A stretch of DNA of 64,000 nucleotides from an uncultured Micrococcales bacterium (GCA_903909605.1 CAIVWH010000031.1:3704-67703); one strand, 5' to 3'; positions 1-10,397 are shown, counted from the first letter of the stretch. Notes: generated from the letters alone by a model not told the origin. A program made the numbers and translations.

Positions 1-2345
1 TGAAGATCTTGCGCGACAGCTACTGCCGCACCGTTGGCGTGGAGTACATGCACATTCAAGACCCCGAGCAGCGCAAGTGGTTCCAAGACAAGCTCGAGCG
101 CCCATACAGCAAGCCGACCCGCGAAGAGCAGGCGCACATCCTTGAAAAGTTGAACGAGGCCGAGGCTTTCGAAACTTTCTTGCAGACAAAGTTCGTCGGC
201 CAGAAGCGCTTCTCGCTCGAGGGCGGCGAATCGACCATCGCAGCCTTGGATGAGATTCTGCAGTGTGCGGCAAACGCAGATCTGCAAGAAGTTGCAATCG
301 GTATGGCCCACCGCGGTCGCCTCAACGTGCTTACCAACATCGCTGGCAAGACCTACGGCCAGGTGTTCAAGGAGTTCGAAGGCAACACCGACACCTCAAC
401 CGTGCAAGGTTCTGGCGACGTGAAGTACCACCTCGGCACCTCTGGCGATTTCACCAGCCTCGAGGGCAAGCGCGTGCATGTTTCACTCGCCGCAAACCCA
501 TCGCACCTCGAAACCGTCAACCCGGTTCTTGAAGGAATCGTGCGCGCCAAGATTGACCGCGCCGACACCATCAACGACAACAACTTCCCGGTTCTGCCGG
601 TTCTGATTCATGGCGACGCAGCATTCGCCGGTCAGGGAGTTGTTCCTGAAGTTCTGAACATGGCATACCTGCGCGGCTACAAGGTTGGCGGCACGGTCAA
701 CATCGTGATCAACAACCAGGTCGGCTTCACAACTCAGCCACGCGACTCACGTTCCACCATGTACGCAACCGATATCGCCAAGGGTTTCCAGGCGCCGATT
801 TTCCACGTCAACGGCGACGACCCAGAGGCAGTGTTCCGAGTTGCTCAGCTGGCCTTCCAATTCCGTCAGGAATTCAAGAAGGATGTTGTCATCGACATCG
901 TGTGCTACCGCCGTCGCGGTCACAACGAGGGCGACGACCCATCGATGACCCAGCCGCTGATGTACAACCTCATCGAGGCTAAGCGCTCGGTTCGCACCCT
1001 TTACCTAGAGTCACTCGTTGGTCGAGGCGACCTCACCCGCGAAGAGTTCGAGCAGGTGAACGCTAACTTCCAGGCTCGTCTCGAGAACTCCTTTATTGAG
1101 GTTCACGAGGCAAGCTCAAAGCCGGTCGAGTTGGTTCCTCGCCCAGTTGGCATCGGCACCACGGCAACCGAGAACGCCGTCATCGAACACGAGACGGCAA
1201 TTTCGCGCGCACTTGTCGAGCAGATCGGCAACGCACACGGCAACGTTCCTCCTGGTTTCTCGGTGCACCCGAAGCTGCAGCAGCTGCTTGCCAAGCGCGT
1301 CGAGATGAGCCGCGAAGGTGGCATCGACTGGGGCTTTGGCGAGTTGCTGGCTTTCGGCTCGCTGCTCATCGAGGGCAAGACCGTTCGCATGGCCGGCCAA
1401 GACAGCCGCCGCGGAACATTCGTGCAGCGTCACGCGGTATTCCACGACCGCGAAAACGGTCAGGAGTGGATGCCGCTGCGCAACCTCGCCAACGAGCAGG
1501 GCAAGTTCTACATCTACGACTCGCTGCTCAGCGAATACGCAGCCATGGGCTTCGAATACGGCTACGCCGTTGAGAACAAGGACGCCCTGGTGCTTTGGGA
1601 GGCGCAGTTCGGCGACTTCGCCAACGGCGCTCAAAGCATCATCGATGAATACATTTCATCGGCAGAGCAAAAGTGGGGTCAGTACTCTGGCGTAGTTCTA
1701 CTTCTGCCTCACGGCTATGAGGGACAGGGCCCCGACCACTCGTCAGCCCGCATCGAGCGCTACCTGCAGTTGTGCGCGCAGAACAACATGACCGTTGCTC
1801 AGCCTTCGACTCCAGCATCGCACTTCCATCTGCTTCGCCGTCAGGCCTACTCGACACCGAAGCGCCCGTTGGTCATCTTCGCTCCAAAGTCGATGTTGCG
1901 TTTGAAGGCCGCATCCTCGAGCGTCGAAGACTTCACCAGCGGAACCTTCCAACCGGTGATCGACGACCAGCAGGGCCTCGACAAAAACAATGTCAAGCGC
2001 GTGCTGCTCTGCTCTGGCAAGGTCTACTGGGATTTGCTTGCCGAAGCCCAAAAGCGCGGCGACGGAACCACCGCAATCGTTCGTGTTGAGCAGCTCTACC
2101 CGACTCCGGTCGATGAGATCAAAGCGGCATACGCGCAGTATCCGAACGCCGAGTTGGTTTGGGTGCAGGACGAACCTGCAAACCAGGGACCATGGACCTA
2201 CATCGGTCTGTTCTTGCCTCGTTACATGAACGGACAGGTTGCCAAGTTGGTTTCGCGTCCGGCATCGGCCTCGCCAGCAACCGGTTCGGCCAAGACTCAC
2301 GCAGTGGAACAGGCAGACCTGATCCAGCGAGCCTTCGAGGCCTAA
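1..2345 (+). CDS. sucA: 2-oxoglutarate dehydrogenase E1 component (Kgd/SucA), C-terminal ~780 aa; 5' end outside the window
   Basis: The frame of ORF 9..2345 stays open back to base 3. The translation has E1o-type segments (CRTVGVEYMHIQD, HGDAAFAGQGVV, RRRGHNEGDDPSMTQP, LLLPHGYEGQGPDHSSARIERYLQ). Confidence 0.95.
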   Translation, partial: KILRDSYCRTVGVEYMHIQDPEQRKWFQDKLERPYSKPTREEQAHILEKLNEAEAFETFLQTKFVGQKRFSLEGGESTIAALDEILQCAANADLQEVAIGMAHRGRLNVLTNIAGKTYGQVFKEFEGNTDTSTVQGSGDVKYHLGTSGDFTSLEGKRVHVSLAANPSHLETVNPVLEGIVRAKIDRADTINDNNFPVLPVLIHGDAAFAGQGVVPEVLNMAYLRGYKVGGTVNIVINNQVGFTTQPRDSRSTMYATDIAKGFQAPIFHVNGDDPEAVFRVAQLAFQFRQEFKKDVVIDIVCYRRRGHNEGDDPSMTQPLMYNLIEAKRSVRTLYLESLVGRGDLTREEFEQVNANFQARLENSFIEVHEASSKPVELVPRPVGIGTTATENAVIEHETAISRALVEQIGNAHGNVPPGFSVHPKLQQLLAKRVEMSREGGIDWGFGELLAFGSLLIEGKTVRMAGQDSRRGTFVQRHAVFHDRENGQEWMPLRNLANEQGKFYIYDSLLSEYAAMGFEYGYAVENKDALVLWEAQFGDFANGAQSIIDEYISSAEQKWGQYSGVVLLLPHGYEGQGPDHSSARIERYLQLCAQNNMTVAQPSTPASHFHLLRRQAYSTPKRPLVIFAPKSMLRLKAASSSVEDFTSGTFQPVIDDQQGLDKNNVKRVLLCSGKVYWDLLAEAQKRGDGTTAIVRVEQLYPTPVDEIKAAYAQYPNAELVWVQDEPANQGPWTYIGLFLPRYMNGQVAKLVSRPASASPATGSAKTHAVEQADLIQRAFEA

Positions 2346-2348
2346 CCC

Positions 2349-2957
2349 TTGGCCGAAGCGCGCAAAGACATTCGAATCGTCATCCTCGGCGATTCGCATG
2401 TTGGTGCTTCGGGCGACGAACGCGGCATGGGATGGGTCGGCCGCGTAACCGCCAAGACTCCTGCCGCGCATCCAAGAATCGACATATTTGCATTGCCGGC
2501 GCCCGCGGAGAATACCTCGATGCTGGCCGAGCGCTGGGTGCAAGAAGTGCAGCGTCGCTTCTCGTCAGAGACCGACAACCGACTCGTGCTGGCGCTACCG
2601 AACATCGATCTGGCCGCCGGTATCTCGACTTCGCGATCGCGCCTAAACGTGGCGACCATCCTCGACGAGGCCGCTAAGGCAGGCATCTCGTGCCTCCTGG
2701 TTGGCCCATGGCCTAGCCACAACCCTCAGCTGAACTCAGACATCGAGCACCTGGTTGCCGGCTTCGAAGATGTTGCCAACCGCCGCGGAATCACATTCAT
2801 TGACTGCTTTAGGCCCTTGGTCGAGCACCCAGATTTCAACTCGGAACTGGCCAGCGCCGAGCACGGTCGACCTGGGCAAATTGGTCACGGGTTGGTTGCC
2901 TGGTTGGTGCTCAACCGCGGCTGGTATGAGTGGCTCGGCATCGAGTCGCCCGAATAA
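2349..2957 (+). CDS. SGNH/GDSL-type hydrolase family protein
   Basis: N-terminal block IVILGDSHVGASGD (GDS catalytic motif). Size is ~200 aa with a TTG start 4 nt after the sucA stop. Confidence 0.6.
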   Translation: MAEARKDIRIVILGDSHVGASGDERGMGWVGRVTAKTPAAHPRIDIFALPAPAENTSMLAERWVQEVQRRFSSETDNRLVLALPNIDLAAGISTSRSRLNVATILDEAAKAGISCLLVGPWPSHNPQLNSDIEHLVAGFEDVANRRGITFIDCFRPLVEHPDFNSELASAEHGRPGQIGHGLVAWLVLNRGWYEWLGIESPE

Positions 2958-2992
2958 CCAGAACCTGCGCTGACTGCTGAGACAGTCGAGCT

Positions 2993-3244
2993 CTAGTGCT
3001 CTTCGCCCACTTGAATTTGGCGGATGCGATTCTTAATTCCATCAAGCAAACTCTCTGGCGGAACCACATTGCAGTATTCCTCGATCTTGCGGTTGATCGC
3101 ATCCTCGAGGCCATACTCGGCATCGCAGGTGTCGCAGTTGGCGATGTGCTCGGTGATGAACTCGAGTTGCTCGGGGCTTAGCTCGTTCGCAAGATACTCG
3201 TGTACCTTCTGCTTAATTTCTTGACAGCTCATGTTCTCAGTCAT
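2993..3244 (-). CDS. rshA: zinc-binding anti-sigma factor (ZAS family, RshA/RsrA-like)
   Basis: H-x3-C-x2-C motif (EHIANCDTC) plus an N-terminal Cys (MSCQEIK). The gene lies immediately downstream of, and overlaps, the SigH-like gene. Start could be ATG 3244 or ATG 3232. Confidence 0.8.
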   Translation of the reverse strand: MTENMSCQEIKQKVHEYLANELSPEQLEFITEHIANCDTCDAEYGLEDAINRKIEEYCNVVPPESLLDGIKNRIRQIQVGEEH

Positions 3245-3833
3245 CAGCCGCATCCTTTCCGGTAAATGAGTAGCCCTCATCTTTTGCATATTCGAGCAGC
3301 AGTTCGCGCAAACGTGCCTTGGCGCGGTGCAGGCTGCTCATCACGGTGCCCTGCTTCATATCTAGCGCCTCAGCGATTTCGGCATAAGACATGCCTTCGA
3401 CAACACGGTAGGTGAGAACCTGACGCCAAGTGTCAGGAAGCTCCGCGAGCGCGCGTTCGATCTCTGGCGTGTTCATCGCTTCAATCGCTTCGATTTCTGC
3501 CGAGCGATTTTCTACCGAAGTCAGCGAAGGAGCCGAGCCAATCTGCCAATCCTCGAGCTCATCCAGTGCGGTCTTGCCCAGTTGCTTGTTCTTCTTGGAC
3601 TGGATGTTGCTATTGGTGTTGCGCATGATTGTGCGAAGCCAGGCCCGCAGTGCGGTTCCCTGCTCGAAGCTTGCGAATGAGCGGTAGGCCTTGATCGTGG
3701 TTTCCTGAACCAGGTCTTCGGCGTCGGTGCGGTTGTGGGTCATTCCGAGCGCCATCGCATACATGTAATTGGTAAGCGGCAGCACCTGCTGTTCGAACAG
3801 GGCGGTTAGTGCTGCATCTGGCAATTGACTCAT
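3237..3833 (-). CDS. sigH: ECF RNA polymerase sigma factor, SigH/SigR-like
   Basis: Region 2 (DAEDLVQETTIKAYRSF) and region 4 (MSYAEIAEALDMKQGTVMSSLHRAKARLRE) are present, with strong overall resemblance to mycobacterial SigH as I remember it. Start is placed at ATG 3833; the ORF track extends to 3905. Confidence 0.85.
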   Translation of the reverse strand: MSQLPDAALTALFEQQVLPLTNYMYAMALGMTHNRTDAEDLVQETTIKAYRSFASFEQGTALRAWLRTIMRNTNSNIQSKKNKQLGKTALDELEDWQIGSAPSLTSVENRSAEIEAIEAMNTPEIERALAELPDTWRQVLTYRVVEGMSYAEIAEALDMKQGTVMSSLHRAKARLRELLLEYAKDEGYSFTGKDAADD

Positions 3834-3963
3834 CGAGTTCGAGCCTACCTTCGCGCGGGCCTTGGGTAACTTGGTGTTTCGGGTGAATCCAGTGATCGTG
3901 GTCAAAACTCCCCTTCCAGTCTCAGCCTTTTGGGCCTCGAGTTCGGCTGGTAGCCTGAAACCA

Positions 3964-5268
3964 ATGACTTCAGCGAATAATTCCCGAGCTCTGGCCCCTT
4001 GGTCTGCCCCGGTCGCAGAAGGCCCAATTCACGCAACCGTGCGCCTGCCGGGCTCGAAGTCGCTAACCAACCGCGAACTGGTGCTCTCGGCCCTTGCCGA
4101 GACCCCAACCCTGATTCACTACGCGCTGGAAAGTCGCGACTCCAACCTGATGATTGAGGCCCTTAGAGCACTCGGCAGCCAGATCGAAATTCTCCCGGAT
4201 GGCGACATCCTGGTTACGCCAGCCCCATTCGATCGTGTCGCCACTATTGACTGCGGCCTAGCTGGCACTGTCATGCGCTTCGTGCCGCCGCTGGCCGCCC
4301 TCTCGAGCGAGGTAATCGACTTCGACGGCGACGAGGCAGCCCGCCGCCGCCCGATGAAAACCACTCTGGTGGCCCTTCGCGACCTCGGTGTCTTCGTCAC
4401 AGATGACGACGAGGGCCACCTGCCGTTCAGCATTCGCGGTGAGGGGCGCATCCAGGGTGGCGAAATCACCATCGATGCCTCGGCCTCATCGCAATTTGTT
4501 TCGGGCCTACTGATGGCGGCCCCGCGCTTCGAGCAGGGACTCACCCTGCGCCACGTCGGCGAACACCTGCCCTCGCTGCCGCACATCGAGATGACTCTCG
4601 AATGTCTGCGCGCTCGCGGTGTGAAGGTTTCGAACCCCGAGCCAACCGTTTGGCGGGTTGAACCTGGGCCAATTGCAGGTGGCGAGGTAACCATCGAACC
4701 AGATCTTTCGAATGCCGGTCCGTTCCTGGCAGCAGCGATGGTTGCCGGTGGTTCAGTGACCATTCCCGATTGGCCGGCAAAAACCAACCAGGTCGGCGAC
4801 GAGTTCGCCGGCATCTTGCAGAAGATGGGTGCCAACATCATTCGCAACGAAGACGGCTTGACCATCGAAGGCAGCGGCAAGATTCACGGCATCACCATCG
4901 ACCTCTCCATCGGTGGCGAGCTGACCCCCGTAATTGCGGCCCTTGCGGCAATCGCCGATTCACCGACTCGCATCTCCGGTGTTGCCCACCTTCGCGGCCA
5001 CGAGACCGATCGACTTGCCGCACTTGCCACCGAAATCAATCGAATCGGCGGCATTGCACGCGAAACCTCGGATGGCCTCGAGATCGAACCGAGTCCGGGC
5101 ATCACCGGCGGCCACTGGGCTACCTACGAAGACCACCGCATGGCAACCGCTGGCGCAATCATCGGCTTGCGCATCCCGGCAATTGAGATCGAAGACATTT
5201 CGACCACGGCCAAGACCATGCCGAACTTCGACAAGCTCTGGCTAAATATGCTTGGCGGCAAGGCTTGA
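3964..5268 (+). CDS. aroA: 3-phosphoshikimate 1-carboxyvinyltransferase (EPSP synthase)
   Basis: LPGSKSLTNRELVLSALAE near the N-terminus, with length and overall pattern typical of AroA. Start is chosen at ATG 3964 inside the longer ORF 3862..5268. Confidence 0.9.
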   Translation: MTSANNSRALAPWSAPVAEGPIHATVRLPGSKSLTNRELVLSALAETPTLIHYALESRDSNLMIEALRALGSQIEILPDGDILVTPAPFDRVATIDCGLAGTVMRFVPPLAALSSEVIDFDGDEAARRRPMKTTLVALRDLGVFVTDDDEGHLPFSIRGEGRIQGGEITIDASASSQFVSGLLMAAPRFEQGLTLRHVGEHLPSLPHIEMTLECLRARGVKVSNPEPTVWRVEPGPIAGGEVTIEPDLSNAGPFLAAAMVAGGSVTIPDWPAKTNQVGDEFAGILQKMGANIIRNEDGLTIEGSGKIHGITIDLSIGGELTPVIAALAAIADSPTRISGVAHLRGHETDRLAALATEINRIGGIARETSDGLEIEPSPGITGGHWATYEDHRMATAGAIIGLRIPAIEIEDISTTAKTMPNFDKLWLNMLGGKA

Positions 5269-6311
5269 GTTGGCTCTACGAGCCGGATGGCTCTGGCCAC
5301 GACCTCGACGAGAGCGATGTTCGAGTTCGCCCAAACCCCAAGGGCAATCGACCTCGCACCAAGATTCGGCCAACCCACGACGATGCCCCGATGGGCATGG
5401 TGTTGCAGGTAGACCTTGGCCGTTACCGAGTGCTGCTTGACCACGACCAGCGCATCGTCGATGCCACCATGGGCAAAGAAATGCGCAAGGCAGGTGCCGT
5501 TGTAGGCGACCGAGTCGCCCTGGCCGGTGACACCAGCGAAACCGTAGGTGCCCTGGCTCGCATTGCCCGAGTTGAGCCAAGAACCTCGTTGCTGCGCCGA
5601 AGCGCAGACGACAGCGACCAGGTCGAGCGCGTGATCGTTGCCAACGCAACGCAAATGCTGATTGTTACCTCGATTGCCAACCCCGAGCCGCGTGCCCGGC
5701 TCATCGACCGCTACCTCGCCGCCGCGTTCGATGCCGGCCTCAGGCCAATTCTCTGCATTACCAAGACTGACCTAGCCGACCCAAGTGAGTTCCTGAAGAA
5801 TTTCGAAGGCCTGAGCATCCCTGTGGTTTTGACTCGAAGCGACGACCCCAGCATCGCACCGCTGCGCGATGTGCTGCGCGATCAAATCACGGTGGCCGTT
5901 GGTCACTCCGGAGTTGGCAAGTCGACACTGGTGAATGCACTGGTGCCGGATGCATTGCGAGCAACCGGAGTGGTTAATGAAGTCACCGGTCGTGGTCGCC
6001 ACACGTCAACATCAGTTCGCGCAATTCGCCTGCCGAGCGATTTCGGCAACGCTTGGATCATTGACACCCCCGGTGTGCGAAGTTTCGGTCTCGGTCACGT
6101 GAACCTCGAAAACATTCTGCGCTCGTTCGAAGACCTCTACGCGGTAATCGAAACCTGTCCGCGCGACTGCTCGCACGCTGCCGACTCTCCCGATTGTGAA
6201 CTTGATTCCGCCATCTCGGATGGACGACTCGGAGAAACCGGATCACTCAGAGTCGATTCACTTCGTCGCCTAATGATTTCGATTTCGACCGCGGGTAAGT
6301 TGGACGAATGA
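5265..6311 (+). CDS. rsgA: ribosome small-subunit-dependent GTPase A
   Basis: Circularly permuted GTPase motifs (ITKTDL, then GHSGVGKSTLVNAL) and a C-terminal Cys cluster (CPRDCSHAADSPDC). The start overlaps the aroA stop by 4 nt. Confidence 0.9.
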   Translation: MSWLYEPDGSGHDLDESDVRVRPNPKGNRPRTKIRPTHDDAPMGMVLQVDLGRYRVLLDHDQRIVDATMGKEMRKAGAVVGDRVALAGDTSETVGALARIARVEPRTSLLRRSADDSDQVERVIVANATQMLIVTSIANPEPRARLIDRYLAAAFDAGLRPILCITKTDLADPSEFLKNFEGLSIPVVLTRSDDPSIAPLRDVLRDQITVAVGHSGVGKSTLVNALVPDALRATGVVNEVTGRGRHTSTSVRAIRLPSDFGNAWIIDTPGVRSFGLGHVNLENILRSFEDLYAVIETCPRDCSHAADSPDCELDSAISDGRLGETGSLRVDSLRRLMISISTAGKLDE

Positions 6312-7090
6312 GTTACGCAGCCGACCTTAAGCTCGCCCTCGAGCTTGCTGACATTGCAGATGCCGTTGCACTCGAGCGTTTTCGCGCCCTAGACCTCAAG
6401 GTCGAAACCAAACCGGATGCCTCGCCGGTGACCGATGCCGACCGCGCTACCGAGCGTGCCATCAAGGCCCGTCTGGCCGAGGCTCGACCGGGCGATGCCA
6501 TCATCGGCGAGGAATTCGGCAGCGAAGGCGCCGCCTCACGCACTTGGATTATCGACCCGATCGACGGTACGGCCAACTACATGCGCGGGGTGCCGATTTG
6601 GGCCAGCCTAATTTCGCTAGTCGTCGATGGTAAGCCCGTGGTTGGCGTGGTCAGCGCCCCAGCGCTCGGCCGCCGCTGGTGGGCCGCCGCCGGCCAAGGC
6701 GCATACACACGCGATATCGATGGGTCGCAGCGCCTCATCCAGGTTTCGAACATCGCAGATCTCGAGCACGCCAGCATCTCTTACAACAACCTTCGGTTGT
6801 GGGATGAATCGGGCAAGTTACCCCAGCTGATTGAACTCAGTCGAAGGCTTTGGCGCACCCGCGCCTATGGCGATTTTTACTCATACATGTTGCTCGCCGA
6901 AGGAACCCTCGAGATCGTGGCCGAGCACGGACTGCAGATTTACGACATCGCAGCCCTCGTGCCGATCGTCGAAGAAGCAGGCGGCAAACTCACCGATTTG
7001 TCAGGTGACTTGAGTGCAACTACATCTTCGACTCTTGCAACCAACGGCAAGCTGCACGAGTTGGCACAGAAGGCTTTCGAAACTTCCTAG
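6308..7090 (+). CDS. hisN: inositol monophosphatase family protein, probably histidinol-phosphatase HisN
   Basis: IMPase motifs (GEEFG, WIIDPIDGTANY, WASLISL) and an actinobacterial HisN-like N-terminus (DLKLALELADIADAV). Confidence 0.7.
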   Translation: MSYAADLKLALELADIADAVALERFRALDLKVETKPDASPVTDADRATERAIKARLAEARPGDAIIGEEFGSEGAASRTWIIDPIDGTANYMRGVPIWASLISLVVDGKPVVGVVSAPALGRRWWAAAGQGAYTRDIDGSQRLIQVSNIADLEHASISYNNLRLWDESGKLPQLIELSRRLWRTRAYGDFYSYMLLAEGTLEIVAEHGLQIYDIAALVPIVEEAGGKLTDLSGDLSATTSSTLATNGKLHELAQKAFETS

Positions 7091-8580
7091 TTCTGCGGGA
7101 AGCCCAGGTTGATGCCACCGTGGCTTGGGTCGAGCCAGCGTGAGGTAATTGCCTTGCCACGAGTGAAGAAGTGCACGCCCTCTACGCCGTGAGCCTTAGT
7201 GTCGCCGAACAGCGAGTTCTTCCAGCCACCGAACGAATAGTAAGCAACCGGAACAGGGATTGGAACATTGATGCCGACCATTCCAACCTGAATCTCATTT
7301 TGGAATCGACGCGCAGCCCCTCCGTCATTTGTGAAGATTGCGGTGCCATTACCGAATGCACCTGAGTTGATGAGGTTTACCCCATCGTCGTATGAGTCAA
7401 CGCGCACGATTGAGAGAACCGGGCCAAAAATCTCTTCGGTATAAACCTTGGATGTCACCGGCACACGGTCAAGCAAAGTTGGCCCAAGCCAGAAACCCTT
7501 CGAATCGCCGTCGAACTCCTGGGTTCGGCCATCGACAAGCACTTCGGCCCCATCGGCCGCGGCCACGTCGATGTACGAGGCGACCTTGTCGCGGTGTGCT
7601 TTGGTGACCAGTGGGCCCATGTCGCAGCCGCGACGGCCGTCGCCGGTGCGCAGCTTGCTCATGCGCTCGACGATTTTGGGAATCAAGCGGTCGGCAACGG
7701 GCTCAACCGCAACAACCACCGAGATGGCCATGCAGCGCTCGCCTGCCGAGCCAAAGCCCGCGTTAATTGCCGAGTCGGCAACCAAGTCAAGGTCGGCATC
7801 CGGCAAAACCAACATGTGGTTTTTGGCCCCACCGAGGGCCTGTACGCGCTTGCCGTGCTTCGAACCGGTCTCGTAAACATACTGAGCAATCGGGGTCGAA
7901 CCAACAAACGAAATCGCCTGAATCTCAGGATGGGTGAGCAGCCCGTCAACGGCCTCCTTGTCACCGTTGAGCACAGTAAAGACGCCGTCAGGAAGACCGG
8001 CCTGCTTCCAGAGTTTCGCCATCCAGATGGCTGCGCTCGGGTCTTTCTCGGATGGCTTCAAGACAACGCAGTTGCCCGCGGCGATCGCGATCGGAAAGAA
8101 CCACATCGGCACCATGGCCGGAAAGTTGAACGGGCTGATGACGCCGACAACGCCGAGCGCCTGGCGGGTCGAGTAAACATCGACTCCGGTCGAAGCGTTC
8201 TCGGTGTAAAAACCCTTGAGCAGATGCGGCATGCCGCAGGCGAACTCGACGACCTCTTGGCCGCGCGCAATCTCGCCTAGGGCGTCAGACAAAACCTTGC
8301 CGTGCTCACTTGTGACGATCTCGGCGAGCTCAGGCTTTCGCTCGTTTAGCAGTTCTCGGAACCTAAAGATAATTTCTTGGCGGCGAGCCTGTGACAAATC
8401 ACGCCAGGCCGGCCAGGCGGCAGCAGCTGACTCGATCGCCAGCTTGGTCTCATCCTGGTTTGCGAGCGCAACGTGCTTGGTGACCTCGCCTAGGGCCGGA
8501 TCATAAACATCAGCGATGCGGCCTGACTTGCTTTCGAATTCGTTTCCATTAATCCAGTGGCCAACTACAGGCAGAGTCAT
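7087..8580 (-). CDS. mmsA: CoA-acylating methylmalonate-semialdehyde dehydrogenase
   Basis: Aldehyde dehydrogenase fold with catalytic Cys context (GSAGERCMA). The MmsA-type N-terminus (VGHWINGNEF) and C-terminus (FFTRGKAITSRW) are present. Confidence 0.85.
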   Translation of the reverse strand: MTLPVVGHWINGNEFESKSGRIADVYDPALGEVTKHVALANQDETKLAIESAAAAWPAWRDLSQARRQEIIFRFRELLNERKPELAEIVTSEHGKVLSDALGEIARGQEVVEFACGMPHLLKGFYTENASTGVDVYSTRQALGVVGVISPFNFPAMVPMWFFPIAIAAGNCVVLKPSEKDPSAAIWMAKLWKQAGLPDGVFTVLNGDKEAVDGLLTHPEIQAISFVGSTPIAQYVYETGSKHGKRVQALGGAKNHMLVLPDADLDLVADSAINAGFGSAGERCMAISVVVAVEPVADRLIPKIVERMSKLRTGDGRRGCDMGPLVTKAHRDKVASYIDVAAADGAEVLVDGRTQEFDGDSKGFWLGPTLLDRVPVTSKVYTEEIFGPVLSIVRVDSYDDGVNLINSGAFGNGTAIFTNDGGAARRFQNEIQVGMVGINVPIPVPVAYYSFGGWKNSLFGDTKAHGVEGVHFFTRGKAITSRWLDPSHGGINLGFPQN

Positions 8581-8595
8581 AACTTTCCAATTTCC

Positions 8596-9570
8596 CTATT
8601 GCCAACGATCGGCAAGATATTCAGCTTCGACGTGGCGAATCGTTCCGGTCTTGCCACGAATGACGATCGACTCGGTCAGGATGACCGGCCCCTTCTTACG
8701 CACACCCTGCAGCAGCCCACCATCGGTCACCCCGGTGGCAACAAAGAAGGTGTTATCGCTGCGCACCAGCTCGTCCATCTCATAGACGTGGTCGAACTTG
8801 AGCCCGGCGGCCTCGCCGCGCTCACGCTCTGCCCCATCCTTAGGATGCAAGGTGCCCTGAACTATGCCGCCGAGCCCCTTGACCGCGCAGGTGGTCACAA
8901 TACCTTCGGGGCTCCCGCCGATTCCGACACACATGTCGATGCGCGAGCCATAGCGGGCAGCGTGGATGCCGCCGGCCACGTCCCCATCCAATAGCAGTCG
9001 AGTTCCGGCACCGGCCGCCCTAATCTCGGCAATTAGCGCCTCGTGTCGAGGGCGGTCCAGAACGGCAATCACCATCTCGTCGACGGGCTTGCCCTTCGCC
9101 TTGGCCAGAGCGCGGATGTTCTCGCCGATTGGCTTGCGGATGTCAACCACGCCGACAGCCTCAGGGCCTGCCACGAGCTTGTTCATATAAAAGACTGCAG
9201 ATGCGTCGAGCATTGTGCCTCGGTCGCTCACAGCAATCACCGAGATTGCGTTCTGGCGCCCCGCTGCGGTTAGTGAGGTTCCATCAATCGGATCCACCGC
9301 AATGTCGCACTTCGGACCGTTGCCGTTTCCAACAATCTCGCCGTTGAAAAGCATCGGTGCGTTGTCTTTTTCGCCCTCGCCAATCACGATCAGGCCCTCG
9401 AAGTTCACGGTTCCCAGAAATGCTCGCATGGCATCCACAGCGGCACCGTCGGCGGCATTTTTGTCGCCCTTGCCAATGTGCTTTACAGCACGGATGGCCG
9501 CTGCCTCGGTTGCTCGAACCAGCTCCATTGCTAGGTTGCGATCTGGGTGCAACTCCAGGTTTTCGCTCAT
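8596..9570 (-). CDS. glpX: class II fructose-1,6-bisphosphatase (GlpX), copy 1
   Basis: GlpX hallmarks: DGAAVDAMR, VIGEGEKDNAPMLFNGE, DPIDGT, GIGGSPEGI. Confidence 0.9.
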   Translation of the reverse strand: MSENLELHPDRNLAMELVRATEAAAIRAVKHIGKGDKNAADGAAVDAMRAFLGTVNFEGLIVIGEGEKDNAPMLFNGEIVGNGNGPKCDIAVDPIDGTSLTAAGRQNAISVIAVSDRGTMLDASAVFYMNKLVAGPEAVGVVDIRKPIGENIRALAKAKGKPVDEMVIAVLDRPRHEALIAEIRAAGAGTRLLLDGDVAGGIHAARYGSRIDMCVGIGGSPEGIVTTCAVKGLGGIVQGTLHPKDGAERERGEAAGLKFDHVYEMDELVRSDNTFFVATGVTDGGLLQGVRKKGPVILTESIVIRGKTGTIRHVEAEYLADRWQ

Positions 9571-9608
9571 GCCTCAACCATACTGGCGGGCCCCGGCTGA
9601 GTTTGGGA

Positions 9609-9806
9609 CTACATCGTGAAGAAGTGCCAGCCCAGCCACCACCAGATGATGACCACAGCAAGGCGCGAACCGCGGCGGTGCATCAAGCGATTGACTACCT
9701 TGCTGATTGGTGCGAGTCTTTCAGGCCAGCGCCTCCCCGAAAGCCAAAGCCCAATGGCGATTGCAATCGCGGCCAAATACTCAATTACGGGAATCGAAAG
9801 GTTCAC
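9609..9806 (-). CDS. small hydrophobic protein (2 predicted TM), hypothetical
   Basis: 65-aa ORF whose ATG overlaps the stop of the upstream membrane-protein gene (ATGA junction). No recognisable family. Confidence 0.35.
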   Translation of the reverse strand: MNLSIPVIEYLAAIAIAIGLWLSGRRWPERLAPISKVVNRLMHRRGSRLAVVIIWWWLGWHFFTM

Positions 9807-10381
9807 TTCTTCTTCCCCCTAAACAAGCCGAACACGTAAGCGCCAGCCAACATCCAGAGCACCAGAAAAATCGTGCGGCCGACCGAGTTATTGAGCACCG
9901 GGTTCACAATCACCGAGATAGTCGGAAAATGCTTGTCATCGCGATAGACGCTTGCCCACATGAATGCGAACATCTCAAACAGGGCCATCGACACGACCAC
10001 GAGCATCCATAGGCGAACCGAGCGCCTCATGGCCGAATCACTTTTCGGCAGCGGGCCGTGGTCTCGGTAGTAAACCAGGGTGATCACGATTGGTGCCATC
10101 ACGATCAGCAAGACAGCGTCGGCAAGCGAGGCTCGTGGCGATACAAAAAGCACAATCGCCGAAAAGGCCATGCCGGTGGCGACCATCCAGGTTCGGTATT
10201 TGGGCCGCTCTGGCAATTGCCAGGGGATGAGCTTTTTCCAGTCGGCAATCAGCAGCAGGGATGCCACCCCGAAGATGATCGAGTCAATTACTGACCCACG
10301 AATTACCTGAAATACGAAGGTGGTCAGGATGTAGGGGAGCCAAGGGTTTAAACCTTGAACCCAATCCTTGAACCTATTCAT
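9803..10381 (-). CDS. integral membrane protein, hypothetical
   Basis: About 190 aa with several hydrophobic helices. Start is taken at ATG 10381 (MNRFKDW); the ORF track extends to 10414. Confidence 0.55.
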   Translation of the reverse strand: MNRFKDWVQGLNPWLPYILTTFVFQVIRGSVIDSIIFGVASLLLIADWKKLIPWQLPERPKYRTWMVATGMAFSAIVLFVSPRASLADAVLLIVMAPIVITLVYYRDHGPLPKSDSAMRRSVRLWMLVVVSMALFEMFAFMWASVYRDDKHFPTISVIVNPVLNNSVGRTIFLVLWMLAGAYVFGLFRGKKK

Positions 10382-10397
10382 TTGATCAGGGCGCGAG

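Noticed and set aside
3834-3963. Searched for an autoregulatory SigH/SigR-type promoter (GGAA(T/C)-N17-18-GTT) upstream of sigH
   Set aside because: The best candidate, GGATT-N15-GTT on the minus strand, has the wrong spacing and an imperfect -35, so it was not reported as a feature.
3862-3963. N-terminal extensions offered by the ORF track (aroA from 3862, enolase to 44911, ychF to 15742, ilvA to 37950, carbonic anhydrase from 23832, response regulator to 12677, SBP to 48209, mazG to 60119)
   Set aside because: The extensions overlap neighbouring genes or lack similarity to the family N-termini. Internal starts with RBSs or family-typical N-termini were used instead.
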